Below, piece by piece: positions 48,930 through 59,987 of a DNA stretch of 64,000 bases. The notes below the pieces were generated by a model that was not told where the DNA came from, searched no databases, and saw only the letters and a list, made by a program, of their open reading frames with translations. Position numbers and translations under genes: made by a program. The stretch is from a virus, in IMG/VR virus record IMGVR_UViG_3300045988_010396, positions 1 through 64,000 of that record. One strand, 5' to 3'. The first letter of the stretch is position 1, and every line of letters begins with the position of its first letter.

Positions 48930-50114
48930 ATGAATAGAGAAGATGCAAGAGAAGAGATATTAAGATTGACCAATAAGGCAATACTCTTGGAACTCCCAAC
49001 TGGCTATGGTAAGTCATTGATGGGTATGGACTTATGCTTGAGAGATAATCCTCAAAGAATTCTTATAGTAGTACCTAGAGTTGTTCTTATACAGAACTGG
49101 AAGAATGAGTTCAAGAAGTGGGGAAATGATGAATATCTGGATAGGGTTACATTCAGTACCTATGCTGGATTACATAAAGTTCCTAATATCCGAAGGCACT
49201 TTAACTGTGTCATACTGGATGAGGCTCATCATGTGACCCCTAGAGTCCAAGACTTGCTCACCTATATAACATATGACAAGATAATCATGTTGTCAGCTAC
49301 AGTCAAGAGAGACCTCAAGTATGACTTGAAGGATATGTTTCCTGACTTGTATTGTTATAAGGTGAACATGAAGGAAGCCATAGAGAATGAAGTCCTTCCT
49401 GACCCTATGGTCTATCTGTTACCTCTTACTCTTGATAGCAGATATAATTCAGAAAAGATAGTAAAGCATAGTAGTGGCAGAACCTCAGTAACTTGCTCCT
49501 ATAAGGATAGATGGAACTATATAAGGGACAAGAATATCAAATTGACTATTGAGTGTACTCAGCTCCAGAAGAGTATTGAATTAGACAATGAGATAAGTTT
49601 CTGGAAAGATAAGTACATGAGAACTAGGAATGAGATATTCAAGAACAAGTGGTTACATCTTGCAGGTCAGAGGTTGAAATGGTTATCAAACCTAAAGAAC
49701 CCCATTATGCTTAATCTGTTAGCTCTATTCAAGAATGAAAGAGTATTGACTTTCTGTAACTCCATAGACCAGACTATTGAACTGGGAAGGAACTGTATCA
49801 ACAGTAAGAACAAGGATGCTGTCAAGGTGCTTGAATCCTTTAATAAGGGAGAAATAAGGCACATCACCGCTTGTAATATGCTCAATGAGGGCATGAACTT
49901 GTCTAACTGTAGGATAGGTATATATGCCAATCTCAACAGTTCTGAGATAATCATCAAACAGAGACTAGGTAGAATACTTAGACATGAGAAACCAGTGATA
50001 GTGATACCTTTCTATAAGGGTACTAGGGAAGAGGAGTTAGTTGCTAAGATGCTTGAGGATTATAATCCTCAGTTAATTCATACAATAGAAAACATAACTG
50101 ATATAAAGATATGA
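48930..50114 (+). CDS. SF2 DExH-box helicase
   Basis: Walker A LELPTGYGKSLM, motif II VILDEAHHVT, later helicase C-terminal motifs (MLSAT, QRLGRILR). Confidence 0.65.
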   Translation: MNREDAREEILRLTNKAILLELPTGYGKSLMGMDLCLRDNPQRILIVVPRVVLIQNWKNEFKKWGNDEYLDRVTFSTYAGLHKVPNIRRHFNCVILDEAHHVTPRVQDLLTYITYDKIIMLSATVKRDLKYDLKDMFPDLYCYKVNMKEAIENEVLPDPMVYLLPLTLDSRYNSEKIVKHSSGRTSVTCSYKDRWNYIRDKNIKLTIECTQLQKSIELDNEISFWKDKYMRTRNEIFKNKWLHLAGQRLKWLSNLKNPIMLNLLALFKNERVLTFCNSIDQTIELGRNCINSKNKDAVKVLESFNKGEIRHITACNMLNEGMNLSNCRIGIYANLNSSEIIIKQRLGRILRHEKPVIVIPFYKGTREEELVAKMLEDYNPQLIHTIENITDIKI

Positions 50115-50512
50115 GAAATAAAGTTTTGATTCAGAAGTCCAGCTTCCATGTGGATGAGGCAAACAAGGTGGTTGTATGCACACTTGAGTGTGATATGCAG
50201 CTTGATAAGCATCCTGCTTGGAATTCTATTGATTGTAGAATGTTCAAGAATATCCCCTACGCAAACTGGTATGGCAAGTTCACTGTCAAAGCTAAAGCAA
50301 GGTGCAATGCCACAGACACATTCAGTGTTGAGACTGGCAAGAGAATTGCTGAGAGCAGGGCTAAAGCCAAGATGTTCAACGTCTCCAGCAGAATATATAA
50401 GCTTTGTTCAGATGCTCTGACAAAGTTGGCAAAGGAATGTAGTAACTCATCTGTAGCTTGTGAGCAGGCCATGATGATTGAGAATGACCATGTTCTTGAG
50501 TTAACTAGATAA
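50111..50512 (+). CDS. hypothetical protein
   Basis: 133-aa ORF, ATGA overlap. Confidence 0.4.
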   Translation: MRNKVLIQKSSFHVDEANKVVVCTLECDMQLDKHPAWNSIDCRMFKNIPYANWYGKFTVKAKARCNATDTFSVETGKRIAESRAKAKMFNVSSRIYKLCSDALTKLAKECSNSSVACEQAMMIENDHVLELTR

Positions 50513-50515
50513 GGT

Positions 50516-51112
50516 ATGACAATAAGCATAAATGAGTCTGTTTGTAAGAAGAATAAGTTGAGCTTGGCAGAGCTTCTATCTATTCTCCTTATTAAGACTG
50601 GTGCTGACATACCTAAGTTATTCAAAAGTCTTGAAGAGAAGGAAATCATAGTCAAGGATGTATTTGGTGGTTATATGATAACTCAGAGATGGGATGATGT
50701 AGCCTCCACTATACTCCTTGATTCTGACAAGGACAGTCAGCCATCAGAGAGACTTGAGAACTTAGCTGTACAACTGGCTGAAATATTCCCCAAAGGGAAA
50801 AAGGCAGGCACTTGCCATTATTTCAGAGGTAATAAGAAAGATACTATACTCCGATTGAAGAAGTTTTTCAAGAGGTATGGTAATAAGTTCACAGATGAAC
50901 AGATACTAGAGGCTGCTAGAAGCTATGTAGCTTCCTTCAATGGTAACTATCACTATATGAGAGTATTGAAGTACTTTATATGGAAAGATGCCAAGAAGGA
51001 GGATGCAGATGGTAATCTGTATGTGGATGAAACATCTGACTTAGCGACCCTGATTGAAAATGCAGGTGCTATTGATTCCATTAAAGAGGATTGGACTACT
51101 AGCTTGAATTGA
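50516..51112 (+). CDS. hypothetical protein
   Basis: 198-aa ORF. Confidence 0.4.
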   Translation: MTISINESVCKKNKLSLAELLSILLIKTGADIPKLFKSLEEKEIIVKDVFGGYMITQRWDDVASTILLDSDKDSQPSERLENLAVQLAEIFPKGKKAGTCHYFRGNKKDTILRLKKFFKRYGNKFTDEQILEAARSYVASFNGNYHYMRVLKYFIWKDAKKEDADGNLYVDETSDLATLIENAGAIDSIKEDWTTSLN

Positions 51113-51113
51113 T

Positions 51114-52337
51114 ATGGATGTATTTGACAGGTCAATAGAGAAGCTCAAAGTCAGGAGACAAAGGATATTGGATGGGCAGATTAACTGTATTCCATTGCCT
51201 TTCCCTAGATTGAGAACCTGGTTGCCAGGTATTGAGAAAAGAAGATATACTATAGTTACTGCAAACCAGAAGATAGGTAAGTCAAAGCTAAGTGACTATC
51301 TGTATGTCTATGAGCCTTTCTTCTATATGATAGAACATCCTGACCAATTAAGGTTCAAGGTGCTTTACTTCACTCTTGAAATGGGAAAGGAAGAGAAGTT
51401 CTATGAGTTTCTCTGCCACCTGTTATATAGGTTGGATAACATAAGGATAAGTCCTACCAACCTTAAGAGTACAAATGCTGACAATCCTTGTCCTGAGCAT
51501 ATACTTGAACTCATTGAGAGTGAGAGGTATCAGGAGTATATAAGGAAGTTCAAGGAGACTGTCATCTATATAGATGATATAAGGAATCCTACTGGTATCT
51601 ATAAGAGAATCAGGGGGTTTATGCTTGAGAGAGGTCAGTTCCACTACAAGAAAGGTACTATTAAGGATGAGAATGGCCTTCCTATGGAGGTAGATGTCAT
51701 TGATTACTTTGAGCACACTGATGAAGATGAGTATATAGAGGTAATCCTTGATAACTATTCCAATCTTATGCAAGAGCAAGGTATGGATAAGAGAGCTACC
51801 ATTGAGAAGATGAGTAAGTATGCCATTGAACTCAGGGATAAGTTTGATATTCATTTCTGTGCTATCCAGCATCAGGCTCAAGCTCAGGAAGGTATTGAGA
51901 ATCAAAAGCTCAATAAGCTATATCCATCATCAGATGGTTTGGCTGACTGTAAGACCACCACTAGAGATGCCAATCTGGTATTAGGTCTGTTCAGTCCGTT
52001 CAAGTATGGACTTACAGAATATGAGAAGTACGACATAACCAGATTCAAGAACAACATCAGGTTCTTGATAGTCATTGAAGATAGGGACAATGGTGCTGGT
52101 GGCCAGGTATGCCCACTACTCTTTGATGGTGAGGTAAGTAACTTCTGTGAATTACCTCTTCCTGACAATAAGAGGGAGATTGAGTCAGCACTACAGTATG
52201 TAGAGCAAGTCATAAGAAAGAGGGCTACTCTAGTATTTATGATGTTCACAAGAGAGTTCTCAAGAGAAAAAAGAAAAGTAGTTAAAGGCTTGCACAGATG
52301 GTTCAATAGAAGTATCTTTGCAAGCAGAAACAAGTAA
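51114..52337 (+). CDS. P-loop NTPase, DnaB/RepA-like replicative helicase candidate
   Basis: Walker A TANQKIGKSKL, Walker B-like VIYIDDI; located in the replication block. Confidence 0.4.
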   Translation: MDVFDRSIEKLKVRRQRILDGQINCIPLPFPRLRTWLPGIEKRRYTIVTANQKIGKSKLSDYLYVYEPFFYMIEHPDQLRFKVLYFTLEMGKEEKFYEFLCHLLYRLDNIRISPTNLKSTNADNPCPEHILELIESERYQEYIRKFKETVIYIDDIRNPTGIYKRIRGFMLERGQFHYKKGTIKDENGLPMEVDVIDYFEHTDEDEYIEVILDNYSNLMQEQGMDKRATIEKMSKYAIELRDKFDIHFCAIQHQAQAQEGIENQKLNKLYPSSDGLADCKTTTRDANLVLGLFSPFKYGLTEYEKYDITRFKNNIRFLIVIEDRDNGAGGQVCPLLFDGEVSNFCELPLPDNKREIESALQYVEQVIRKRATLVFMMFTREFSREKRKVVKGLHRWFNRSIFASRNK

Positions 52338-52343
52338 AAGCAA

Positions 52344-52874
52344 ATGGCAAAAGCATTGATTTTAGCTAAGACTGGGTTTGGTAAATCCAGTTCACTGGTT
52401 GGTGTACCCTCTGCTGGTATATTAGGCTTGGACCCTAAGGAGACTTATCTCCTTAGCTGTGTTAATAAGCCTCTGCCTATCAAGGGTGCATCTAAGATTT
52501 ATGTGCCTATACCTATGCAGGGTATTACTCCTGCTAACTTAGGTTCAGTCATAGGTAAGGGCAACAGGATTATCACCAAGGATGCCAAGATTGTAGCTGC
52601 TGCTATAGAGTTGCTAATCAATTCACCCTTCAAGAACATAGTAGTTGATGATATGAACTATCTATCGCAGGACTACTATATGAAGAATGCCATGAAAGGT
52701 GGTTGGGACACTCCTAAGCAGATAGGTTACAATATGGGTCTTATCTTTGACCAGATTGACAATGTGCCTGAGGATAAGAACATTATCTGTATGGCTCACT
52801 TTGAGACCTACAAGGATAAGAATGGTGACTCCATCTCTTACAAGTACAAATCAACTGGTAACATGGTAGCATAA
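52344..52874 (+). CDS. small P-loop ATPase (Sak4/RecA-like candidate)
   Basis: N-terminal Walker A LAKTGFGKSS. Confidence 0.4.
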   Translation: MAKALILAKTGFGKSSSLVGVPSAGILGLDPKETYLLSCVNKPLPIKGASKIYVPIPMQGITPANLGSVIGKGNRIITKDAKIVAAAIELLINSPFKNIVVDDMNYLSQDYYMKNAMKGGWDTPKQIGYNMGLIFDQIDNVPEDKNIICMAHFETYKDKNGDSISYKYKSTGNMVA

Positions 52875-53084
52875 CATCTGCCATTATCTATCTAATTGCT
52901 GGAACACCCTAAAGACAACTGAACTACAAAGTAATTGGTAACAATAAGCTTGAATGTTTGAAAATCAGTTGTATTCTTAGTGATGGAGAAATGGGCAATC
53001 AGCAGCCAAGGGACTCTACGAGTTCAAGGTTCATCGACTATCCCCTGTTGTGGGGGAGTACATTTATAAAGTAATCAATTATAT

Positions 53085-53699
53085 TTGGAAATGGTAGACA
53101 ATAGAGAAGTACACATTTATGCATTAAGACATCCTGATACCTTAGAAATAAGGTATGTCGGTAAAACAGTGAGAAAATTAAGTAGAAGGTTAGGGAATCA
53201 TATTGCAAATGCTAAAGGTAACCAGCACAATAAGCATTTAAGTAATTGGATTCTTAATATCTTGAAGGAAAATAAGAAACCTGTAATAGAACTCTTGGAA
53301 ACTTGTCAAAGTAATAACTGGCAAGAAAGAGAGCAATATTGGATTTCTCAATTTCCTAATCTGATAAATCTCACTGCTGGAGGAGATGGATGTGTAGGTT
53401 TTATTCATGATTCTAAAGCTATAGAAAAGATTAGACAATCTAAATTTGGTACTAAACATTCTGTAGAATTTAAGGAAGCTATGAGTAAAAGGCTTAAAGG
53501 TGTGCCTCTTAGTGAAGAACATAAAAGTAAAATAGGTTTAGCTAATAAGGGAAGGAAGGCTTCGGAAACTGCAAGAAAGAGGCTATCAGAATCCCACAAA
53601 GGTATTACTCAGAGTGAGGAATCCAAAAGAAAAAGAAGTGAATCTATTAAACTTTGGTGGACTAAGAGAAAGTCTATTGAAGATATAGTCAAATCTTAA
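53085..53699 (+). CDS. GIY-YIG homing endonuclease with NUMOD3 repeats
   Basis: HIYALRHPDTLEIRYVGKT...R core; repeats LSEEHKSKIGLANKG, LSESHKGITQSEESKRKRSE. Confidence 0.7.
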   Translation: MEMVDNREVHIYALRHPDTLEIRYVGKTVRKLSRRLGNHIANAKGNQHNKHLSNWILNILKENKKPVIELLETCQSNNWQEREQYWISQFPNLINLTAGGDGCVGFIHDSKAIEKIRQSKFGTKHSVEFKEAMSKRLKGVPLSEEHKSKIGLANKGRKASETARKRLSESHKGITQSEESKRKRSESIKLWWTKRKSIEDIVKS

Positions 53700-53972
53700 T
53701 GGAAACATTAAGGAGGTATAGTAGAGTGATTAACTATAATAGTTATACCTCATTAAATGGGATGAATACATCACACCTGAAGGTAAGTTTGAGACTGTAC
53801 TCTTTGGAAAGATGTCATGGGATGATACAGCTAAGGTAGCTGTAAGGCAGTTTGTAACCAATAATGATGGTGAATATCCTGCCAAAAGTCCTGTTGGTAT
53901 GTTTGAATCCCTGTATATTCCTAATGACTTGGGTATAGTAGCTCAGAAGATGCAGGAGTATTATGAGGGAGA

Positions 53973-54263
53973 ATGACCAGAGAGGAAGTAATCAGGTTAA
54001 GCTATGCATATGCAGCTAGCAATGGCAACCTGAATAGTAATGATACAAGTGTATTGCTACTATCATATTGCTTGGAAAATGGGAAACCTTATACAGAAAG
54101 TGCAAGGTTTGTGATGTGCTTGAGCAGAAGACCTGTGCTTCTTGCTTATTGTATATCCTATGCTCTTATGTGGTATGAGAAAAAATATGCCATATGTAAG
54201 CTGTATTCAGCACCCGACACTAGGGCATTTGGTAATGGGAGAAGAATAATCTTAATATATTAA
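53973..54263 (+). CDS. hypothetical protein
   Basis: 96-aa ORF. Confidence 0.3.
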   Translation: MTREEVIRLSYAYAASNGNLNSNDTSVLLLSYCLENGKPYTESARFVMCLSRRPVLLAYCISYALMWYEKKYAICKLYSAPDTRAFGNGRRIILIY

Positions 54264-54268
54264 GTAAA

Positions 54269-54739
54269 ATGAAAGAGTTAAGCAAATTTGAGATTGCAGC
54301 CATCAGAAGGACTGCACAGAATGTGAATGCAATGGTCACTAAGAAGACCAAGTTGAAAGAGAAGATTGATGCACTTCAAGCTGAATATGACCAGCTTGAA
54401 GAGGCACAGGAGCAGTTTGAAGTGCCCATCAGAAAGATGACTGGTGGTTATGGTACTGAGGACCTCATAGTGAAGGTGATTGAGGACACTGGTAAGCTGG
54501 ATAAGGATGGTAAGCCTGTCAAGCTGGCTAAGTATGTCTTGAAGTACCCCGACACTATCCTTCCTCCTGCTATGGATGGTGGTGATGGTGTAGTGGATGA
54601 CACTGAGAAGGCTCCTGAGGTTGAAGTGCCTGCAGAGGATGCAGTAGCTATTGCTGCCTCAGTAGAATCTCCTCTTGCTCCTGCTATGGAGGACAAAGAG
54701 CAGGGTACAGGCCCCAGTGACCTTCCCTTTATGAACTAA
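54269..54739 (+). CDS. acidic hypothetical protein
   Basis: 156 aa with a D/E-rich C-terminal half. Confidence 0.4.
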   Translation: MKELSKFEIAAIRRTAQNVNAMVTKKTKLKEKIDALQAEYDQLEEAQEQFEVPIRKMTGGYGTEDLIVKVIEDTGKLDKDGKPVKLAKYVLKYPDTILPPAMDGGDGVVDDTEKAPEVEVPAEDAVAIAASVESPLAPAMEDKEQGTGPSDLPFMN

Positions 54740-54760
54740 TCAAACAAGAAGTAAGCAAGT

Positions 54761-55705
54761 ATGAAAGAACATAATGCAGTATTTATGGCATTTGCACAGG
54801 GCAGTGAGTCTAGGGAAGTTGTAAGAAAGCTGTACGTTGGTATAGCTCCTGTCTTTGTGTTGGCTGTCAACCCTAGTAAGGAAGAGACAGAGAAGCTCTA
54901 TAACACAGAGCTTGATGAAGCTCCTAACTATCTGAGTGAGGCTGAGATTGGCCCAGAAGGTAATAAGTCTAAAGTGCCTCAGGCAAGAATAGACTTTGTA
55001 GTTAAGTCAGACCCTAAAAATTGTAATGGAATTGAGATGCTCACCAGAGTAACTTTCTTCCTCAACAAGGCTTATAGGTATAACAAGGATAACACCAAGG
55101 TTGAGGTAATCAATAAGTATGGTGAGACTACTTGGTTGCCTATCAATGCTGCTAAAGGTACTGAACCTATTCCTGACAACATGAAGTGGTATGACACTTC
55201 CGATATGAGACCTGCCTATATCGGTGAGTCAGAACTTACTGACTTCATCAAGAAGTACCTGAACATTCCAAACAAGTCATTTACTAACCCTAAGACCAAG
55301 GAGGTTAAGTTTATTCCTAACTTAGCTGATGCTGAGGCTAGACTTGACAAGATTGAGAACTACTTCAAGGGTGACTTCACTGAGTTGAAGAACATCATCA
55401 AGTTGCAGCCCAACAACAGGGTTAAGGGCATGTTTGGTGTAAGAACTACTGATGATAATAAGCAGTACCAGGCTGTTTATACTCAGAAGTTCCTGAAACT
55501 CAATGTCACAGACTACAGTAAACTTGATGAGGAGATGCAGAACAGAAAGGCTGCTGGAGCATATCCTACAACTGAGTTCAGCATTGAACCTCTGCATGAG
55601 TACAATGTAGCTGCAACTGATTTCAATTCACCTGAGAATGACCCATTGGGTGCAGGTTCAGCACCTACAAGTACTCCTTGGGATGCTTGGGGTGGTAACA
55701 AATAA
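54761..55705 (+). CDS. hypothetical protein
   Basis: 314-aa ORF. Confidence 0.45.
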   Translation: MKEHNAVFMAFAQGSESREVVRKLYVGIAPVFVLAVNPSKEETEKLYNTELDEAPNYLSEAEIGPEGNKSKVPQARIDFVVKSDPKNCNGIEMLTRVTFFLNKAYRYNKDNTKVEVINKYGETTWLPINAAKGTEPIPDNMKWYDTSDMRPAYIGESELTDFIKKYLNIPNKSFTNPKTKEVKFIPNLADAEARLDKIENYFKGDFTELKNIIKLQPNNRVKGMFGVRTTDDNKQYQAVYTQKFLKLNVTDYSKLDEEMQNRKAAGAYPTTEFSIEPLHEYNVAATDFNSPENDPLGAGSAPTSTPWDAWGGNK

Positions 55706-55737
55706 TGACTGATTAACTCTATAAAACTATTAGACTG

Positions 55738-56739
55738 ATGGCATTTGGTAACGGAGAGCATAGCATTACCCTAGAAGATGTCCTAGCAAGAACTACGGAA
55801 TTTGGCATACTATACCATTATTTCAATGTAAGTGAGCTGCCCACTGTAATACATTCACCTTTAAGGCATGACAGCAGACCTTCATTTGGTCTATATACAT
55901 TGGATGGTAAGAGGGTACATTACACTGACTTAGCCACTAAGGATAGAGGTGGATTGTTTGATTTGCTTATGAAGTATTGGGGGGAGAGCTACAAAGATAT
56001 GCTTAATCATCTTTGGAAGGATTTACCCAGTTTCTCCAATGCCAATGTCCAGTTTAATAGTATGAAGAGTGAGAGGTCTTACCAGTACCAGTCTCTCAAG
56101 TCAAGGAGCATAGACCTTCAATGTAAGGTCAGAGAGTGGAGGGATTATGATATAGAATACTGGGCTTCTTATGGTATATCACTAGAGTGGCTCAAGTATG
56201 CTGACATATATCCCATATCACATAAGATTGTAATTAGGGAGGGCCAAAGATATGTGTTTGGAGCTGATAAATATGCCTATGCCTATATAGAAAGGAAAGA
56301 GGGTAAAGTGACCCTCAAGATATACCAACCTTACAATAAAGGTGGGTACAAGTGGAGCAACAGACATGACAGGAGTGTCATATCACTTTGGACTAAAGTA
56401 CCTGAGTATGGAGATAGAATCTGCATATGTTCATCCATGAAGGATGCCTTGTGCTTATGGGCTAACACAGGAATACCTGCGTTAGCTATTCAAGGGGAGG
56501 GCTATGGTATGAGTGATACTGCTATTGGTGAACTCAAAAGGAGATATAGTCATATCTATATACTACTGGACAATGATGAAGCTGGACTGCAAGATGCGGT
56601 AAAACTGTCAGAGTCTACTGGATTCACCAATATAGTATTACCAAAAGTGAATGATGCTAAAGACATCAGTGATTTATACAAATCCCTTCAAGACCCTAAT
56701 AGGTTTAGAGGTATTATTATGCCCTTATTTAAGAATTAA
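55738..56739 (+). CDS. DNA primase (TOPRIM domain)
   Basis: C-terminal ICICSSMKDALCLW...IYILLDNDEAGLQDAVKL matches the TOPRIM E...DxD pattern. Confidence 0.55.
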   Translation: MAFGNGEHSITLEDVLARTTEFGILYHYFNVSELPTVIHSPLRHDSRPSFGLYTLDGKRVHYTDLATKDRGGLFDLLMKYWGESYKDMLNHLWKDLPSFSNANVQFNSMKSERSYQYQSLKSRSIDLQCKVREWRDYDIEYWASYGISLEWLKYADIYPISHKIVIREGQRYVFGADKYAYAYIERKEGKVTLKIYQPYNKGGYKWSNRHDRSVISLWTKVPEYGDRICICSSMKDALCLWANTGIPALAIQGEGYGMSDTAIGELKRRYSHIYILLDNDEAGLQDAVKLSESTGFTNIVLPKVNDAKDISDLYKSLQDPNRFRGIIMPLFKN

Positions 56740-56790
56740 GGTTTTTCAAGATAACATTAACAAAAGTTTTAACATTTAACATTTCAAATT

Positions 56791-57468
56791 ATGGAGACAC
56801 GTAAAGTAACCATCATCAATTCAAAGACCCAGAGCCAGAAAGTAATTCAGGACTCTAAGGCTACAACTCTCGGTGAACTCAAGCAGGAAATGAGGGAGAG
56901 AGGTATTGACTACACAGGTATGACTTTCTTTGAAGGTCACATGAGAGCTGAACTCAAGGATGATGCAGCTCCCCTGCCTGCTAACATACCCTATAAGGGT
57001 CAGGTAGTCAATGACTTGACATTCATGTTGACTGCACCTGAGAAGAAGGTTAAGTCAGGTGCTATGTCAAGAGCAGAAGCCTATGCAGAAATCAAGAAGA
57101 AGGGCTTGCAGGGTGCTTGTGTTAGTATGTTCGGTAAGAATTTCACACAGTGTTCCACTGCTGACCTTATCTCTTTGATTGAGAAGAACTCTGCTAAGGC
57201 AGCTCCTGCACCCAAAGCTGAGAAGCCTATAGAGGCAGCAGCTCCTGCAAAGAAGGAGGAAGCTTCTATAGCACCTGAAACTCCTGCTACTGGCTGTAAC
57301 TGTTCAAAGGCTATTGCCATTCTCGCAGAAGCACTATATGATAATGATACCATTGAGGGGGAGACCTATGACGCAATCATGGCTACTCTCAAGGGTGGTT
57401 CTTACAGTGCACCTGAGAAGATGAGCAAGAAGGAGATTGATACTATGTTTGACTTTGTGGAAAGATAA
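56791..57468 (+). CDS. ubiquitin-like (beta-grasp) domain protein; candidate Ubl of the conjugation module
   Basis: N-terminal 85 aa KVTIINSKTQSQKVIQDSKATTLGELKQEMRERGIDYTGMTFFEGHMRAELKDDAAPL...YKGQVVNDLTFML follow the ubiquitin strand-helix-strand pattern; Ala/Pro/Lys linker; C-terminal ..IMATLKGG plus a 22-aa tail. Confidence 0.35.
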   Translation: METRKVTIINSKTQSQKVIQDSKATTLGELKQEMRERGIDYTGMTFFEGHMRAELKDDAAPLPANIPYKGQVVNDLTFMLTAPEKKVKSGAMSRAEAYAEIKKKGLQGACVSMFGKNFTQCSTADLISLIEKNSAKAAPAPKAEKPIEAAAPAKKEEASIAPETPATGCNCSKAIAILAEALYDNDTIEGETYDAIMATLKGGSYSAPEKMSKKEIDTMFDFVER

Positions 57469-57494
57469 GGTCAGATTGGATAACACAGTGAAGG

Positions 57495-58853
57495 GTGAGT
57501 AGTATACTTGCCTTTCACTTTTTTTTTTATACAAGTATGAATGAAGAAATGACTAACAAGGCAAGGGAGTTATATGATAATATCATGTACTTTCCTAATA
57601 AGGTTCTTAGTATATTCAATGACTTCTTTGGAGAGCAGAGAATAGATATGCAGGGGTTCTGGAGCTTTGAAGAGTTCCTATATTCAATATCTGAGAACAG
57701 GCTCAGTTTTTTCTTCTCTAACAGAGGTGCTGTACTTAGTAGCCCAGAGTTCCAAAGTACCAGTAAAGAGAATAAAGCTATTATAGAAGATATGCTTGAT
57801 AATGGTGCTTTGGATAATACTGTACTCAGTGATGAGGCACTTGCCACATATTTCCTGCCTATAATGACTACTGCTGTATTGCAGCATGTTCCACGAGGGT
57901 TCATTCTTGTGCATTTCCCTCATGTAAGGGTTACTAATGAGCATGATAAATTTGTGGATATAAGTCACCTATGGGTTAAAGTACATATAAAGGCAAATGG
58001 CGCAGGCACAGGTTACTTTGGTGTGAATAGGAGTGAGTATGAACTCTCTCATATGAAAGCAGACTATATGCATAGTCATGTTCCTGGTATTCCATTCGGT
58101 GGGTTTACTAGTTTTATGTCTCCTTGTTTAGGCAGTGGACCCATCAGAAATACAGTAGCTACTCTTGCAATGGGATATGATGAAGCTATGTGGCAGTTGT
58201 TCTGTCTTGAACTGGACAAGTATGTTAGAGTTGAGAGTCTCTCTGGAGTACCTCATAGGTATCTGGAGAGGATAGGCAATGGTAGGGGCATGACTAATGG
58301 AGAAACCCATTTCTCCATGAAATCTAATACATTCAATGACTATAGTAACATATTCTCTAAGGAGGATATGAAAGACTTTGTAGAGCACCTGATAAGAGGC
58401 AAGAAGCTTAAATTTAACTTTATAAGAGGAAGCTATGGTTTTGCAATGTCCTATCTTGACTATAGAATACTCATCAGTAATGAGTTCATCGAGTGGTATA
58501 ATCTGAGATATAACTTAGGAAAATCTACTTCAAGTTATGATAACTTTATCAGTAAAGGAATACTGAAAGAATGTATCATCAACAATGGTAAGATACAATA
58601 TTTTAGGAACAATACTGATAATGGTAGAAACTATTATAGATATGAAGGAGCTAATGTATGTACATTCAAGGGTAAACCCATCAATATACATATAGTAGAC
58701 AGTTCCTGTGATACTCTTAACAAGACAGTGTTGGTCAATGCAGGTATTGCTGAGGAAATAGCAAAGGCAGTACTTACAATAGTAAATTACAAGTATGGAA
58801 GAGAAGAAAGAGGAGAAGAAGCTGGAATTGGTACACCAGCAATCTATCTATAA
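57495..58853 (+). CDS. hypothetical protein, possible E2-like component (start probably MNEEM at about 57537)
   Basis: Central YMHSHVPGIPFGGFTSFMSPCLGSG loosely resembles the UBC HPN...C active-site region; its position between the Ubl and JAB genes is the main support. Confidence 0.3.
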   Translation: MSSILAFHFFFYTSMNEEMTNKARELYDNIMYFPNKVLSIFNDFFGEQRIDMQGFWSFEEFLYSISENRLSFFFSNRGAVLSSPEFQSTSKENKAIIEDMLDNGALDNTVLSDEALATYFLPIMTTAVLQHVPRGFILVHFPHVRVTNEHDKFVDISHLWVKVHIKANGAGTGYFGVNRSEYELSHMKADYMHSHVPGIPFGGFTSFMSPCLGSGPIRNTVATLAMGYDEAMWQLFCLELDKYVRVESLSGVPHRYLERIGNGRGMTNGETHFSMKSNTFNDYSNIFSKEDMKDFVEHLIRGKKLKFNFIRGSYGFAMSYLDYRILISNEFIEWYNLRYNLGKSTSSYDNFISKGILKECIINNGKIQYFRNNTDNGRNYYRYEGANVCTFKGKPINIHIVDSSCDTLNKTVLVNAGIAEEIAKAVLTIVNYKYGREERGEEAGIGTPAIYL

Positions 58854-59985
58854 GATGATAATCCCTCAGGAAGTTGAGAAGAAGATAAGACTTCTGTGCA
58901 GGGAGATACATAGTGTGGAATGGTCTGGAGTGCTATTCTACAAGGTAAGTGGTTCATTTGAGGATAAGTCACTGACAATTACTTGTGTAGACTTATTTCA
59001 GATGGATGAAGGTACTGGAGGATATACTGAATATGATATGTCTCCAGATGTCTCAGGTTATATGGTAGACCATCCTGAGCTGCTTGATGCTGATATATAT
59101 CAAGGACTTATCCATAGTCATAACAACATGGCGACGTTTTTCAGTGGTACTGATACAGCCACTCTACAGTCAGAGGGTAGTGACATGAACCACTTTGTGT
59201 CACTGATTGTAAACAATGCTGGTAAATATACAGCAGGGGTGACTAGAAAGGCTAAGCTCAAACAGACAGTCAATGAGGAGTTCACATATCCCACATGGAG
59301 GGATGAGAGTGTATCTGGCAATAGAACCTTTATAGTAGAAAAGGAGTACATCCAATGGTTCAATCTTGACATTGAAATTGAAGGAGTCTGCAATGACTTT
59401 GAAACTGAGATGCTTGAAAGGATTAAGGAGATTAGGACTAATAAAGCCAGCTCTAGGAAAAGTGCTATCAATGTTAGAAGCCCTTATATTAGCTCAAATT
59501 ATGGAGGACCAATAGGTTCCTATGGTAGCCCCAGAGGATATACAATACCTGCTGATCCAGCCAACACTACTCCTATCAAGAAAGAGGTTAAGCAATCTAC
59601 ACTCTTTGGTGATAGTGATGAGGAGTTTATGGACTATGAGAAGTTCAAGCTCAGTGATGAGATAGTGGACTGGGTGGTCAAGCAGACCATCACTTGTAGT
59701 GTAATCATTCCTAACTCTAGTAATATTGACATAGAGAAGTGGGCTAGGTCTATGGATTCTCTGTATAAAAAGAGATTCACAGACAAGAAGGAGTTTGAAG
59801 CCTTTGCATCAAACTTTGTGGACTTTGTGGTTACCTATACAGAAGACCCAGAGGCTGCTGCCTTCTTGGATTCTACAGAGATGGCTGCTGTATTGGCTTA
59901 TCAAGTAAAAGAGAGACTAAGCTCCCTGCCTAAGAATGAGTGGCTGGATGCTTGGATTAAATTGTATGATGATTATATACTATAA
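58795..59985 (+). CDS. JAB/MPN (JAMM) metalloprotease, deubiquitinase-like (start probably MIIPQEV at about 58852)
   Basis: Complete JAMM signature: E in HSVEWSGVLF, then GLIHSHNNMATFFSGTD = HxH-x7-S-xx-D. Confidence 0.65.
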   Translation: MEEKKEEKKLELVHQQSIYKMIIPQEVEKKIRLLCREIHSVEWSGVLFYKVSGSFEDKSLTITCVDLFQMDEGTGGYTEYDMSPDVSGYMVDHPELLDADIYQGLIHSHNNMATFFSGTDTATLQSEGSDMNHFVSLIVNNAGKYTAGVTRKAKLKQTVNEEFTYPTWRDESVSGNRTFIVEKEYIQWFNLDIEIEGVCNDFETEMLERIKEIRTNKASSRKSAINVRSPYISSNYGGPIGSYGSPRGYTIPADPANTTPIKKEVKQSTLFGDSDEEFMDYEKFKLSDEIVDWVVKQTITCSVIIPNSSNIDIEKWARSMDSLYKKRFTDKKEFEAFASNFVDFVVTYTEDPEAAAFLDSTEMAAVLAYQVKERLSSLPKNEWLDAWIKLYDDYIL

Positions 59986-59987
59986 GT